Shown here: piece by piece, positions 18,390 through 25,944 of the stretch
Layout: every line of letters starts with the position of its first letter
How positions within the stretch are numbered: position 1 is the stretch's first letter
Origin: Pirellulales bacterium
Lineage (GTDB): Bacteria; Planctomycetota; Planctomycetia; Pirellulales; JAEUIK01
Length of the DNA: 64,000 nucleotides
NCBI GenBank assembly: GCA_019745975.1
Contig: JAIESQ010000006.1
Span: forward strand, 48,433 to 112,432
Reading direction: 5' to 3'
Made by a program: the position numbers and the translations under genes
The notes under the pieces: model-generated
Databases searched by the model: none
What the model was told of the DNA's origin: nothing
The model's input: the letters and a program-made list of their open reading frames with translations, nothing else

Positions 18390-19028
18390 ATGCAGCCTTT
18401 CTCCGTGCATCGTTCCAACCCGAACCGCAGCGCTGAGATGCACAAGACTTTGCTCTTCGTTCAGCGTCGGCTGTGCCGCACCATGAAGAATCAGAAGGTC
18501 GTGGGCCGCCGCGACTGGAACGGCCGGAAAGTCTCGCAGGCGGACTTCGATGCCGGCGACCGCAGCGCACACGTCTGTCCGTTCGTGCAGGATGCGCTAG
18601 ATCGCGACTTCCTTTGGCTGGAGGAGTCAAACAAGAGCACGCAAAGCGACGTGGAAGCTCTCCTGCAAAACCAGGTCGATCTCTTTATTCATACTCCCCC
18701 AGTCCACGACCCCGTGGCAACGCAACTACCTGCGAAAACGCCGGACCTCTGGAAGGCGTTCATCACCATTTTCCCTTTCCTGCCGCTGGACAGCAATCTC
18801 ATCCGGTCAATTCATCTGACGCTCAAGCCGCAGTTCGTCGCCAAGGGCTTGATGATCGGGGAGTTCTTTCCCGGTTTTACGGGTCAGAAAGGCATCCATA
18901 ACGACGTTGACTTTTTCCCGGGCATTGCCCCCTACCCCCTGTTCGCGATCAGATACATGGTCGAGTCGGACCGGCTCTTCAATCGCGACCCCCTGTACGA
19001 CGCCCACTATCGCCGCTATTTCCCCTAG
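18390..19028 (+). CDS. Hypothetical protein
   Basis: 212-aa ORF with protein-like composition. Start uncertain (ATGs at 18390, 18435, 18483). No family recognised. Confidence 0.5.
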   Translation: MQPFSVHRSNPNRSAEMHKTLLFVQRRLCRTMKNQKVVGRRDWNGRKVSQADFDAGDRSAHVCPFVQDALDRDFLWLEESNKSTQSDVEALLQNQVDLFIHTPPVHDPVATQLPAKTPDLWKAFITIFPFLPLDSNLIRSIHLTLKPQFVAKGLMIGEFFPGFTGQKGIHNDVDFFPGIAPYPLFAIRYMVESDRLFNRDPLYDAHYRRYFP

Positions 19029-19102
19029 TCCGTCTTCGCTCCCAGGAGGGACGGCAGGTATAATTGAGTGTTGTCGGTACCTCGATTGGACGGAGAAACC
19101 TG

Positions 19103-19474
19103 ATGGCCTCTCAAACTTTCCGTCTGGATGTGTCGGCGCGCGAGCGCGTCATGACGCTGTCCGGGGATCTCACAGATACACCGAGCGCTCGTGAACTCAT
19201 TGCGAGCCAACTAGGAAAGGTTGCCGCGAGCAAGGGAAAATGGCGGATCGTCGCTCACGAAGCTCGCGTACTGCCGACGGGTGCAGAGATGTGGATCGAA
19301 TACGCTCTTCAATCCCTCGCCGATTGCGAGTTGAAGTACGAGTTCAGCCAGCTTGCGTTGGTGCTCCTCTATGATGACGAGTACCGCGAAAAGCACCGGA
19401 ACTCAACGTTCGAGGAGCAACCGACCGGGATTCAGGCAGCAGAAGATACGGCGGGAGCGACTACACTCTGGTAG
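19103..19474 (+). CDS. Hypothetical protein (weak STAS-like N-terminal pattern)
   Basis: GGAGAA upstream of ATG 19103. MTLSGDLTDTPSARELIASQL resembles anti-sigma-antagonist/STAS openings. Weak. Confidence 0.5.
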   Translation: MASQTFRLDVSARERVMTLSGDLTDTPSARELIASQLGKVAASKGKWRIVAHEARVLPTGAEMWIEYALQSLADCELKYEFSQLALVLLYDDEYREKHRNSTFEEQPTGIQAAEDTAGATTLW

Positions 19475-19754
19475 TGATCACCGTCGCGGCGGATATGTAA
19501 ATAGCACTTCTCACGAGATCGGCTATCTCGGCTCGGAACGTCGGGCTCTCCCGAAAAATGGCTTTCCAAAAGTCGGGGTTTACCTGGATGCCGATTTTAC
19601 GAGGGCCATCATCGCACTGGATCGCTGCGCGTGATTTGGCAACGATCCAGTGTGAATGCGGTCTGCAGTGTCAGTCGGTTGGATCCGTGGCGTTGAATTC
19701 GGAGGTGAACTTACGCGTGAGTTGAGGTACGGATGCGGAATCGCAACGAGCCAA

Positions 19755-20258
19755 CTATGTCGCTGACGGACCTTTAAGAGCACGCGTCTTGGTGAATGCA
19801 TCCAATGCGTCCGCAGCTTGCTGATTCAAGAACGGGTTCGAGAGGATCTCAGCCCTTCTCGCTTCGTCGATGACCCCAGCCTTGACGCTCTCCTCAAGCC
19901 GGTGCTCGATCAACGCGAAATCCCGCCTGGCAGCGTCGACAACAGCGCAGATCAGGTCTGGCTGCTCACACGCATAGACCATGCGGACCATCTCGGTCTC
20001 GACCTGGCGGTTCGCGTGCAGGTCGTTTAGGTATGACATCGCGCGTGACAGCTTCTCCGCTTGCGCGGTGATGACTTCGCAGTCGAGGTCGTCTTTGGGG
20101 ACCTCCGACTCCATCTTCGTGAGTCGCGCCGACACAGGTTCCGCTAGCGTCCCTTGGGCTGCGGCATCGGCTACCGCCGACCTCAGTCCCGCCTGAGCCT
20201 GTTGCAGGCGTCTATCGGTGTAGTCGTTCGTCAAATGGGTTTGTCGCTTCGCATCCAT
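19755..20258 (-). CDS. Hypothetical helical protein
   Basis: AAGGAGG 4 nt upstream of ATG 20258 (MDAKRQTHL...). Alpha-helical composition. Confidence 0.6.
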   Translation of the reverse strand: MDAKRQTHLTNDYTDRRLQQAQAGLRSAVADAAAQGTLAEPVSARLTKMESEVPKDDLDCEVITAQAEKLSRAMSYLNDLHANRQVETEMVRMVYACEQPDLICAVVDAARRDFALIEHRLEESVKAGVIDEARRAEILSNPFLNQQAADALDAFTKTRALKGPSAT

Positions 20259-20693
20259 AGGCCTCCTTAACTTAGGTCTCAACAGTGGATATGGGCCGCT
20301 GGATCGATGGCGCAACATAACTAAACAGGTTGGCTGACGCGGTCGTGTCGCCGATCTCGGCTGGCACCCCTTGGATCAAGGGGTTACTGACTTTGAGATC
20401 CCAATACTTGCCGTCTCATCAGGCGGCGTCTCCCGCCGGATCCTATCTCGCCGTAGGACTTTGCAGTCCGGCACCTGGGTCTGCGATGCCTTGAAACGAC
20501 CGTGAGTTAGCGGCGCCCAAGAACTTTCTCTGCGCTGACACGTGCTCACCGCGATGTGAATGTAGCGGCCCACTCGGCCACCTCGGTGGACTGGAAAGGG
20601 CCTTGTCCATGCCGCGGGATGAGGACGGATTTGCCGTCCGCTGGACTAGCGGCGAATAGATCTCGCAGATGCGAGAGAAAGGTTTGGTGTCTT

Positions 20694-20906
20694 ATGTTTG
20701 GTGACGGACCGTTCTTCGGCGGTAGTATATTCCAGACTCCGGCGTGGCAAAGCCCGCCGGTGCCTCAGTACGGGTACTACACGTACGGCCCCAACCACTC
20801 GGGGTTCGTGAACAGTGGGTTCAGTGGCCCGACGTTCTGCGGTTACAAAGCCGAGCCCTACAAGTCGCTCGACTACTATGACTGCAACCGTCCGTACAGC
20901 TATTGA
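20694..20906 (+). CDS. Small Tyr/Gly/Pro-rich protein, 70 aa
   Basis: ATG preceded by GAGAGAAAGG. Sequence MFGDGPFFGGSIFQTPAWQSPPVPQYGYYTYGPNHSGF...YYDCNRPYSY. Followed 30 nt later by a strong intrinsic terminator. Confidence 0.6.
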   Translation: MFGDGPFFGGSIFQTPAWQSPPVPQYGYYTYGPNHSGFVNSGFSGPTFCGYKAEPYKSLDYYDCNRPYSY

Positions 20907-20935
20907 TCGCCACTGTCCGGGAAGTGGTCAGCCTA

Positions 20936-20968
20936 GGGGGCGTCGGAAACGACGCCCCCTTCTTTTTT
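20936..20968 (+). terminator. Rho-independent terminator
   Basis: GGGGGCGTCG-GAAA-CGACGCCCCC followed by TTCTTTTTT. Confidence 0.85.
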
Positions 20969-21201
20969 GCCGGGAGTTGAGAGCGATAAGGCACATGGCT
21001 ACAGACGGCTCTAACAGGAGATCGTCAGAACGCGCTGCACTGACCGCGTTGGACGTCTGAGCATGAGGCCGGCTGATACTCAGAAGGCAGTGAGATGGGT
21101 ACGAATCCCCGTGACGTTGTACAGCTGGACGGTCGAACCGCATCTGAAATGGAGAGAGGTTCGGTGGTGCGTAAAGAACCTCTCTGGCGGAGCGGCGCTG
21201 G

Positions 21202-21465
21202 TCAGAACTGTTCGTTCCGATCGTTGCCGTTCCCGTTCCCGTCCTGAACGTGCTGGAAGATCCACGTGTGAGCTTGGTCGGCGACCTTCGCCACGAGGGC
21301 TAAGTCGTCGCGACCGAAGCTCTGGGAAGTCTTCCAGTCGTCGCCATCCTTGTAGAGCCGCTGAAGGGTGACGTTGTGCCTAGTGCGTCCGTCGACTTCG
21401 TTGGCCCAGATGGCGGCTTTCACGTGCCCGAAACGGACTTCATGGACTGGTCGATTCGCTGACAT
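21202..21465 (-). CDS. Small conserved protein, paralog 2 of 3 (PC4/YdbC-like suspected)
   Basis: VKAAIWANEVDGRTRHNVTLQRLYKDGDDWKTSQSFGRDDLALVAKVADQAHTWI aligns with paralog 3 (VSAAIWANKTKQGDTRHCVTFSRVYY...STSFGRSDLVSLVKLAQDAHAYL). Confidence 0.65.
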   Translation of the reverse strand: MSANRPVHEVRFGHVKAAIWANEVDGRTRHNVTLQRLYKDGDDWKTSQSFGRDDLALVAKVADQAHTWIFQHVQDGNGNGNDRNEQF

Positions 21466-21492
21466 GATAGAACCTCACTTGAACAAAGAGCT

Positions 21493-21525
21493 AAAAAAAA
21501 CCGCACTGGCCTACGCAGCCAGTGC
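21493..21525 (-). terminator. Intrinsic terminator / attenuator on the minus strand
   Basis: The minus strand reads GCACTGGC-TGCGTAG-GCCAGTGC followed by GG and T8. It lies only 27 nt upstream of the 21465 start codon. Confidence 0.7.
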
Positions 21526-21619
21526 TCCGAACCACTTGCCGCGGGAGGGAGTCTACGACTCTTCCGCGCGGCGGCAATCGGGACAGAGGCCGATGAAGTT
21601 GGCCGACGGTAGATCAGGC

Positions 21620-21775
21620 TCATAGCTGATATCCGTCCAACTGGACTTCCCCACAAAACGTGGGGAAGGCCAAACCTTCATCCATCGCTTGCTCATACGT
21701 CCCGATCTCCATCCCGGCGTCGCATCGCGCACAGATGAGCGAGAAGACGACACCGGGCGAGACCTTTCCTGACAT
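21620..21775 (-). CDS. Unlisted micro-ORF, 51 aa (CxxC-containing)
   Basis: Hand translation: GGAGG, 7 nt spacer, then ATG. MSGKVSPGVVFSLICARCDAGMEIGTYEQAMDEGLAFPTFCGEVQLDGYQL. Sits 12 nt after the DUF932-like stop. Confidence 0.45.
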   Translation of the reverse strand: MSGKVSPGVVFSLICARCDAGMEIGTYEQAMDEGLAFPTFCGEVQLDGYQL

Positions 21776-21787
21776 GACAGTGCCTCC

Positions 21788-22879
21788 TTATGCCGCGACT
21801 GCTGCTAGCGCCAAGAGCTTTGACGCTTTCTCGTCCGCGTCCGTGCGGTCGCCGGCGTTGGAAGTCTCACGTGCAAGCCGCGTCAGGGCGTCCACCAGCG
21901 CGAAGATGGTGAACCTCCCCTGCTGCGCGGCTATCTCCAAAGCCTGCTTTGCAACGCTTCGAGCGATGCCGTTCTTCGCCAGGACCTTCATCACTTCCTC
22001 AGCGTCGTCGCCGAGCTTTGTCTCCATCGCCTTTTGGATCACCGTCGCAAAGCCATCTCTTCGCTTGTCGCGTTCGACGACTAGGCTCTCGATGATCCGA
22101 CGGATCTCGCGGAGGGACTCGTGGACGTTCGCCGTATGCTTTCGAGTGAACTCGAAGACATCCACGGCGTCCCAGACGATATGGTTCTGGCACACGGCCT
22201 GGAACCAAAAGGTCTGGATACCCAGCGAGCGCCGTCCCACTTCCGAGTTCCAGATGAAGAACCCGGGGGCGAACGCCTCGCCGTCGATCTCAGTCCAGCC
22301 GGCCGGGTCGATGAGAAAACAGAACAGGTCCTGTTCTCCCGAATACAGCCCGGTCGCTCCATTGAACCCCCTCTGCGGGGGCTGGAAGTCGACGGCAAAC
22401 TCCTGGAGCATGGCGATGAGGTCCGCGTCAAAGAGCCGCGTGTAGCTTGTCCCGTGGATCGAACGGATGTTCTCCCCTTCGGTAAAAAGCTGGAGCGGCT
22501 TAGTGCCTCGCGGAAGCGTCTCCGCGAAGACTTGCGACGCGGTCTCTGGAGAGAGTCGGTTGACCGTCTCCTTCCCTACCCCGGCCAGTTTGCAGAGCTG
22601 GCTGAAGCTCCAGTCGTTCATCAGGAAGGCGCCGTCGTTCCCTGCTGATAGCAGGAGGCCATTTCCGTCTACCGGATCGATGGCGAGCTGCGCCGGCAGC
22701 TGCCAACGGTCCTGGGAGTGCTCCTGTTTCGCCCTACAGTGGACAGACAACGCAGCCAACGACTCGAACCTCTCGTCGTCGGTCCTGCGGAACAGTTCAC
22801 TGTGGGCACGTGTCAGGTTCTGCACGATCTTTGTCCTTTCTGTTTGGAACCCATGTTTGAAACCGACCATCGGTCTCAT
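21788..22879 (-). CDS. DUF932-like protein (plasmid/ICE/phage associated)
   Basis: Core FFIWNSEVGRRSLGIQTFWFQAVCQNHIVW matches the NS.dGs.s...vC.N signature of DUF932. GAGG upstream of the ATG. Confidence 0.8.
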   Translation of the reverse strand: MRPMVGFKHGFQTERTKIVQNLTRAHSELFRRTDDERFESLAALSVHCRAKQEHSQDRWQLPAQLAIDPVDGNGLLLSAGNDGAFLMNDWSFSQLCKLAGVGKETVNRLSPETASQVFAETLPRGTKPLQLFTEGENIRSIHGTSYTRLFDADLIAMLQEFAVDFQPPQRGFNGATGLYSGEQDLFCFLIDPAGWTEIDGEAFAPGFFIWNSEVGRRSLGIQTFWFQAVCQNHIVWDAVDVFEFTRKHTANVHESLREIRRIIESLVVERDKRRDGFATVIQKAMETKLGDDAEEVMKVLAKNGIARSVAKQALEIAAQQGRFTIFALVDALTRLARETSNAGDRTDADEKASKLLALAAVAA

Positions 22880-23084
22880 GAAAACCTCATGGATTCAACC
22901 TTTTGCACCACCGACCTCTCGTCCACAAAAGCCTTGCTGTTGCCGACGAGTGGCCGGGTTGCCTACCTCTACCCAGATTGGCCGTTCAAAGAACGAGCAT
23001 TTACCAAGGATATAAGGGTTTCCCTTACAGACGTGACATGTGTGGAATGCGCATTCCATCGCGGCACGCAGTAACGAAGAGGGA

Positions 23085-23275
23085 CTTTCGCCTGCCTTCG
23101 TCGGCCTGTCATCGTCGGGGCTCACCCAGTGAGGCCGTCCGGCCCTTGGCCCCGACGAGGACGGGACAGAGAAGGCAGAGTCGTGCGAGAGTGCTCTCCG
23201 CACGTTAACGGTGGGTCCGAGAGAGCCTGCCTTTGTTGGTCCGATTCCGAGGGGCTCGTCCGCCGGCTGCCTATT
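23085..23275 (+). repeat. Structured non-coding element, family 1, copy A
   Basis: Roughly 75 percent identical, by eye, to 32545-32740. About 90-nt imperfect hairpin (GCCTTCGTCGGCCTGTCATCGTCGGGG ... CCCCGACGAGGACGGGACAGAGAAGGC), then conserved CCTGCCTTTGTTGGTCCGATTCCGAGGGGCTCGTCCG. Confidence 0.5.
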
Positions 23276-23382
23276 GGGACGGCGACTAAGGTGTGCTGGC
23301 CGAGTGCCAGTCGACCGGTGGGTTCACACTGGCCTCTAGTCCAGCGTTCAGAAGAGCTCGTAGGCCTCTTGAGCTAACTCCG

Positions 23383-23550
23383 CTAGGTTACGAGTTCTTC
23401 GCGGCGGATCGTCATGGCGAACCAGCTCTCTCGGTCTCTGTGAGCGATGGTCACGCACTGTTCAGTCGTCCCGTCTGGGTTCGTGACGACCCAACCGTTG
23501 ACGACGAGGTCGCCCTTAATTCGCTTGAAGACTATTTCTTGATTGACCAT
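23383..23550 (-). CDS. Unlisted micro-ORF, 55 aa
   Basis: Hand translation: AAGGAGGG, spacer ACAAC, then ATG. MVNQEIVFKRIKGDLVVNGWVVTNPDGTTEQCVTIAHRDRESWFAMTIRREELVT. Its RBS context is nearly identical to that of gene 24665..25030. Confidence 0.5.
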   Translation of the reverse strand: MVNQEIVFKRIKGDLVVNGWVVTNPDGTTEQCVTIAHRDRESWFAMTIRREELVT

Positions 23551-23571
23551 GTTGTCCCTCCTTGATCGGTA

Positions 23572-23715
23572 GTGGCCGGTTCAGCCACGAGTAAGTTAGT
23601 CGTGCGACCGGACCACGTAGCGTCGGGGGCAAGTCAAGGAGGAACGTACCGAAGGGCGGCAATTCCTTGACTGGTCAGCCTCGATGCGCAGTGAGGAAAC
23701 GGAAGACCTTATGCA
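23572..23715 (-). promoter_or_regulatory. Conserved ~145-nt leader element, family 2, copy 1
   Basis: Shares three blocks with 25345-25492: the GTGGCC..GGCCAC-type hairpin, CCACGAGTWARTTAGTCG, and the hairpin GTCAAGGA-(23 nt)-TCCTTGAC. Confidence 0.55.
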
Positions 23716-23847
23716 ACTCGTGCTGAACGGCGACCGGAGGGAACGACATGCGCGACACAGTCGCAGAGCGGGCATTGACGGAGGAGCAACGGTTGCGACG
23801 CTGCGATGAAGGGCCGCTGAGCAGACGGCTGGGGCCGTGTGGTTCAG

Positions 23848-24396
23848 TCACTCCGACGGGCCGGGTGTTGCGTCGACTACGTGTCCGTCACGCCGGCGCC
23901 ACACCGGCGGCTGATCCTCGCCGCGTTCCCAAACCAGATCGACACCCCATGCGGCGCCGACGCCAAACGTGAACTCGGCAAACTCTCGGAGGACCGGAGG
24001 GCTCGGGCCGAGTCGTTCGCCCCATGGCCGGCCTGGTTGGAAGACGAAGGTCTCGGAGATCTGCAACACGACCTCACCGGGCGGCCGGTAGTCAACGACA
24101 AAGCCCTCGACGACCTCCGTCAGCCTTTCCCGGCGCTGGTGCATCTGCAACGCGATCGCCAGTATCTCCTCGTCGGTTGGGACTTGGAGCGGGATCGTGG
24201 TGTTGCTCCCCCGCGAGCCTTCGGGCGGCGAAACGTACGCATAGGGGTAGCTGCCGCGACCCGTGCCGACATCTGTCCAGCCAGCGCGCACGAGCAAAGG
24301 ACGGTCAGCCAAGCCGACCTTGTAGGCGTTACGGCCATACTTCGCAGGAGCCTTGCCGTATGTGTCGATTCGGACTTGGATGCTTCGGAATCTCAT
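23848..24396 (-). CDS. Hypothetical protein
   Basis: Minus-strand ORF co-oriented with its neighbours. Start taken at MRFRSIQV, with GGGGGGAG upstream. A competing plus-strand ORF exists, so strand choice is tentative. Confidence 0.4.
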   Translation of the reverse strand: MRFRSIQVRIDTYGKAPAKYGRNAYKVGLADRPLLVRAGWTDVGTGRGSYPYAYVSPPEGSRGSNTTIPLQVPTDEEILAIALQMHQRRERLTEVVEGFVVDYRPPGEVVLQISETFVFQPGRPWGERLGPSPPVLREFAEFTFGVGAAWGVDLVWERGEDQPPVWRRRDGHVVDATPGPSE

Positions 24397-24664
24397 GTGC
24401 TCCCCCCGCGCGCCGCCTCCGGCAGTCTTGTCTGGTGTTTTCGTGAGGAGCGGAGCGCCGTTGCCAGCGCGTGGCCCTGTCATCAAGGATATTGGATCGC
24501 GGTCGTCGGTTGAAGCGCAGCGTAGTTCAAGGAACAGCATAGGTTCGAGACGGCGACTGCTATGTGGTGGTCCCCGAAGGCGGAGTTCGGTCTCAGGCGA
24601 GGCGGTGGACCGCGTAGCGCCCGGCGGGGTATCGGTTCGATGCTACGCGCGGGGGCGGGCTGAC

Positions 24665-25030
24665 TCAGTCCTCGTCGGGGAGCATGACGGTGATGACCGG
24701 CTCCAGGTCATCGCCCGCACCGCAGACCGCCTTGAGCGTTACGAGCTCGTCGAGACGGTTGTGATTGCGGACAGAGAGCCCGAAGAAGAGCGTATCGACA
24801 TCGAGGTGGCGGCGGATGGCACACGAGAGCATCCACAGGATGTCCCAGAGCCTGCCCGCTTCGTCCTGAGCTTGGACGCCTTCGGGTACTTCAATGTACT
24901 TGGTCCAGACGGCTCGCGTCAGAGCTACCGGATAGCGGAAGCCAGCCTCTCGGGCGGTCCCTGTCACGTCGATGAGCACTCCGTCTTCGATGGCGTGCTG
25001 TCTGCTGTAAGAGCTGATGATGTCGTTCAT
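24665..25030 (-). CDS. Conserved hypothetical protein (MGE-type)
   Basis: AAGGAGG 6 nt upstream. The N-terminus MNDIISSYSRQHAIEDGVLIDVT resembles a family I recall from plasmid/ICE contexts. Unverified. Confidence 0.65.
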   Translation of the reverse strand: MNDIISSYSRQHAIEDGVLIDVTGTAREAGFRYPVALTRAVWTKYIEVPEGVQAQDEAGRLWDILWMLSCAIRRHLDVDTLFFGLSVRNHNRLDELVTLKAVCGAGDDLEPVITVMLPDED

Positions 25031-25084
25031 GGTTGTCCTCCTTGATAAAGGGCCGACCGGCTGAGGCGCCGGTCGGCCGCGTGG

Positions 25085-25324
25085 TTATTCCGCCCGTTGT
25101 TCCTCGGTCCGGATCAAGTACGCATGTGCGTCTTGTGCCAGTTTGACCAACGACACCAGGTCGCTGCGACCGAAGCTGGTCGAGTCTCTAGGCTGGTCTG
25201 CGGTGTAGTACACCCGCGAGAAGGTCACGCAGTGGCGGGTATCCCCTTGTTTCGTCTTGTTGGCCCAGATCGCGGCACTGACGCCTTGCTCCTTGAGCTT
25301 GTGGATTGGCTTATTCGATCCCAT
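25085..25324 (-). CDS. Small conserved protein, paralog 3 of 3 (PC4/YdbC-like suspected)
   Basis: GGAG 7 nt upstream of ATG 25324 (MGSNKPIHKL...). Aligns with paralog 2. Confidence 0.65.
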   Translation of the reverse strand: MGSNKPIHKLKEQGVSAAIWANKTKQGDTRHCVTFSRVYYTADQPRDSTSFGRSDLVSLVKLAQDAHAYLIRTEEQRAE

Positions 25325-25344
25325 GTGGTTTCTCCATTTCAATG

Positions 25345-25492
25345 GTGGCCTTAGGCGGCCACGAGTTAATTAGTCGAGAGGCCACAACGCGGAGCAACCG
25401 AGGTACGTCAAGGAGGAACGCACCGCCAGGGCGGCAATTCCTTGACGCTCCGCCTCGGGGCGCAGCGAGAGGGAACGAGATACTAATGCGAG
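25345..25492 (-). promoter_or_regulatory. Conserved ~145-nt leader element, family 2, copy 2
   Basis: GTGGCCTTAGGCGGCCAC hairpin, CCACGAGTTAATTAGTCG, GTCAAGGAGGAACGCACCGCCAGGGCGGCAATTCCTTGAC, then CCTCGGGGCGCAGCGAGAGGGAACGAG. Confidence 0.55.
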
Positions 25493-25944
25493 GTGGCCGC
25501 GAGGCAGCCAGTTGGAGGAACCTCACGAATAGAGCATCCGGAGACGGGAGCAGGTTAGACAAGGAGTCGCGAGTGGGGCAAATCAACGGGGGACCCCTGG
25601 TACTCGGGTTCACTGAGCGACTTTGTGCAGGACCAATCGAGTGCGTCAGCGGAAGGCGCTTACGGAGTTGGGGGCGAGGTCGACGAGAGCACGGGCTCGG
25701 GATCCCGGCAACTGGCGGTGGTAGTCGGCGGGGCGCCCGGCTCAGCAGAGGGACACCCCCATGATGTGTGTGGCAGCACCGGTCGAGATAGACCGCCCTT
25801 GTAGTTTGACGACAAACTCGCGGTCGCCAATGCGGACCTTCCTAGTTCGGTGAGCAGTGGGCGTCGATAGAGCGACGGCCGGAGCTTCATTCTGGTGCGC
25901 AAATCTAGGTGCCTGGGAGAGGCGCCCACCGTCCGGCGCACGCT

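Noticed and set aside
21660-22445. 261-aa plus-strand ORF
   Set aside because: It is antisense to the DUF932-like gene and to the 51-aa micro-ORF. Ser/Ala/Pro-rich with no RBS.
23085-23275. Family-1 element as RNase P RNA, SRP RNA, tmRNA or 6S RNA
   Set aside because: Compared from memory with the conserved cores of these RNAs (RNase P P4 region, SRP GGAA/AGCA domain IV, tmRNA tag region and acceptor end). No match. Two diverged copies inside a mobile island also argue against a housekeeping RNA.
23293-23565. 90-aa plus-strand ORF
   Set aside because: It has no RBS. The opposite strand carries a 55-aa ORF with an AAGGAGGG Shine-Dalgarno site, co-oriented with all neighbouring genes.
23839-24513. 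224-aa plus-strand ORF competing with 23848..24396 (minus)
   Set aside because: The minus-strand reading is preferred because of co-orientation with the surrounding block and an upstream purine-rich site. This call remains low confidence and either or neither strand could be coding.
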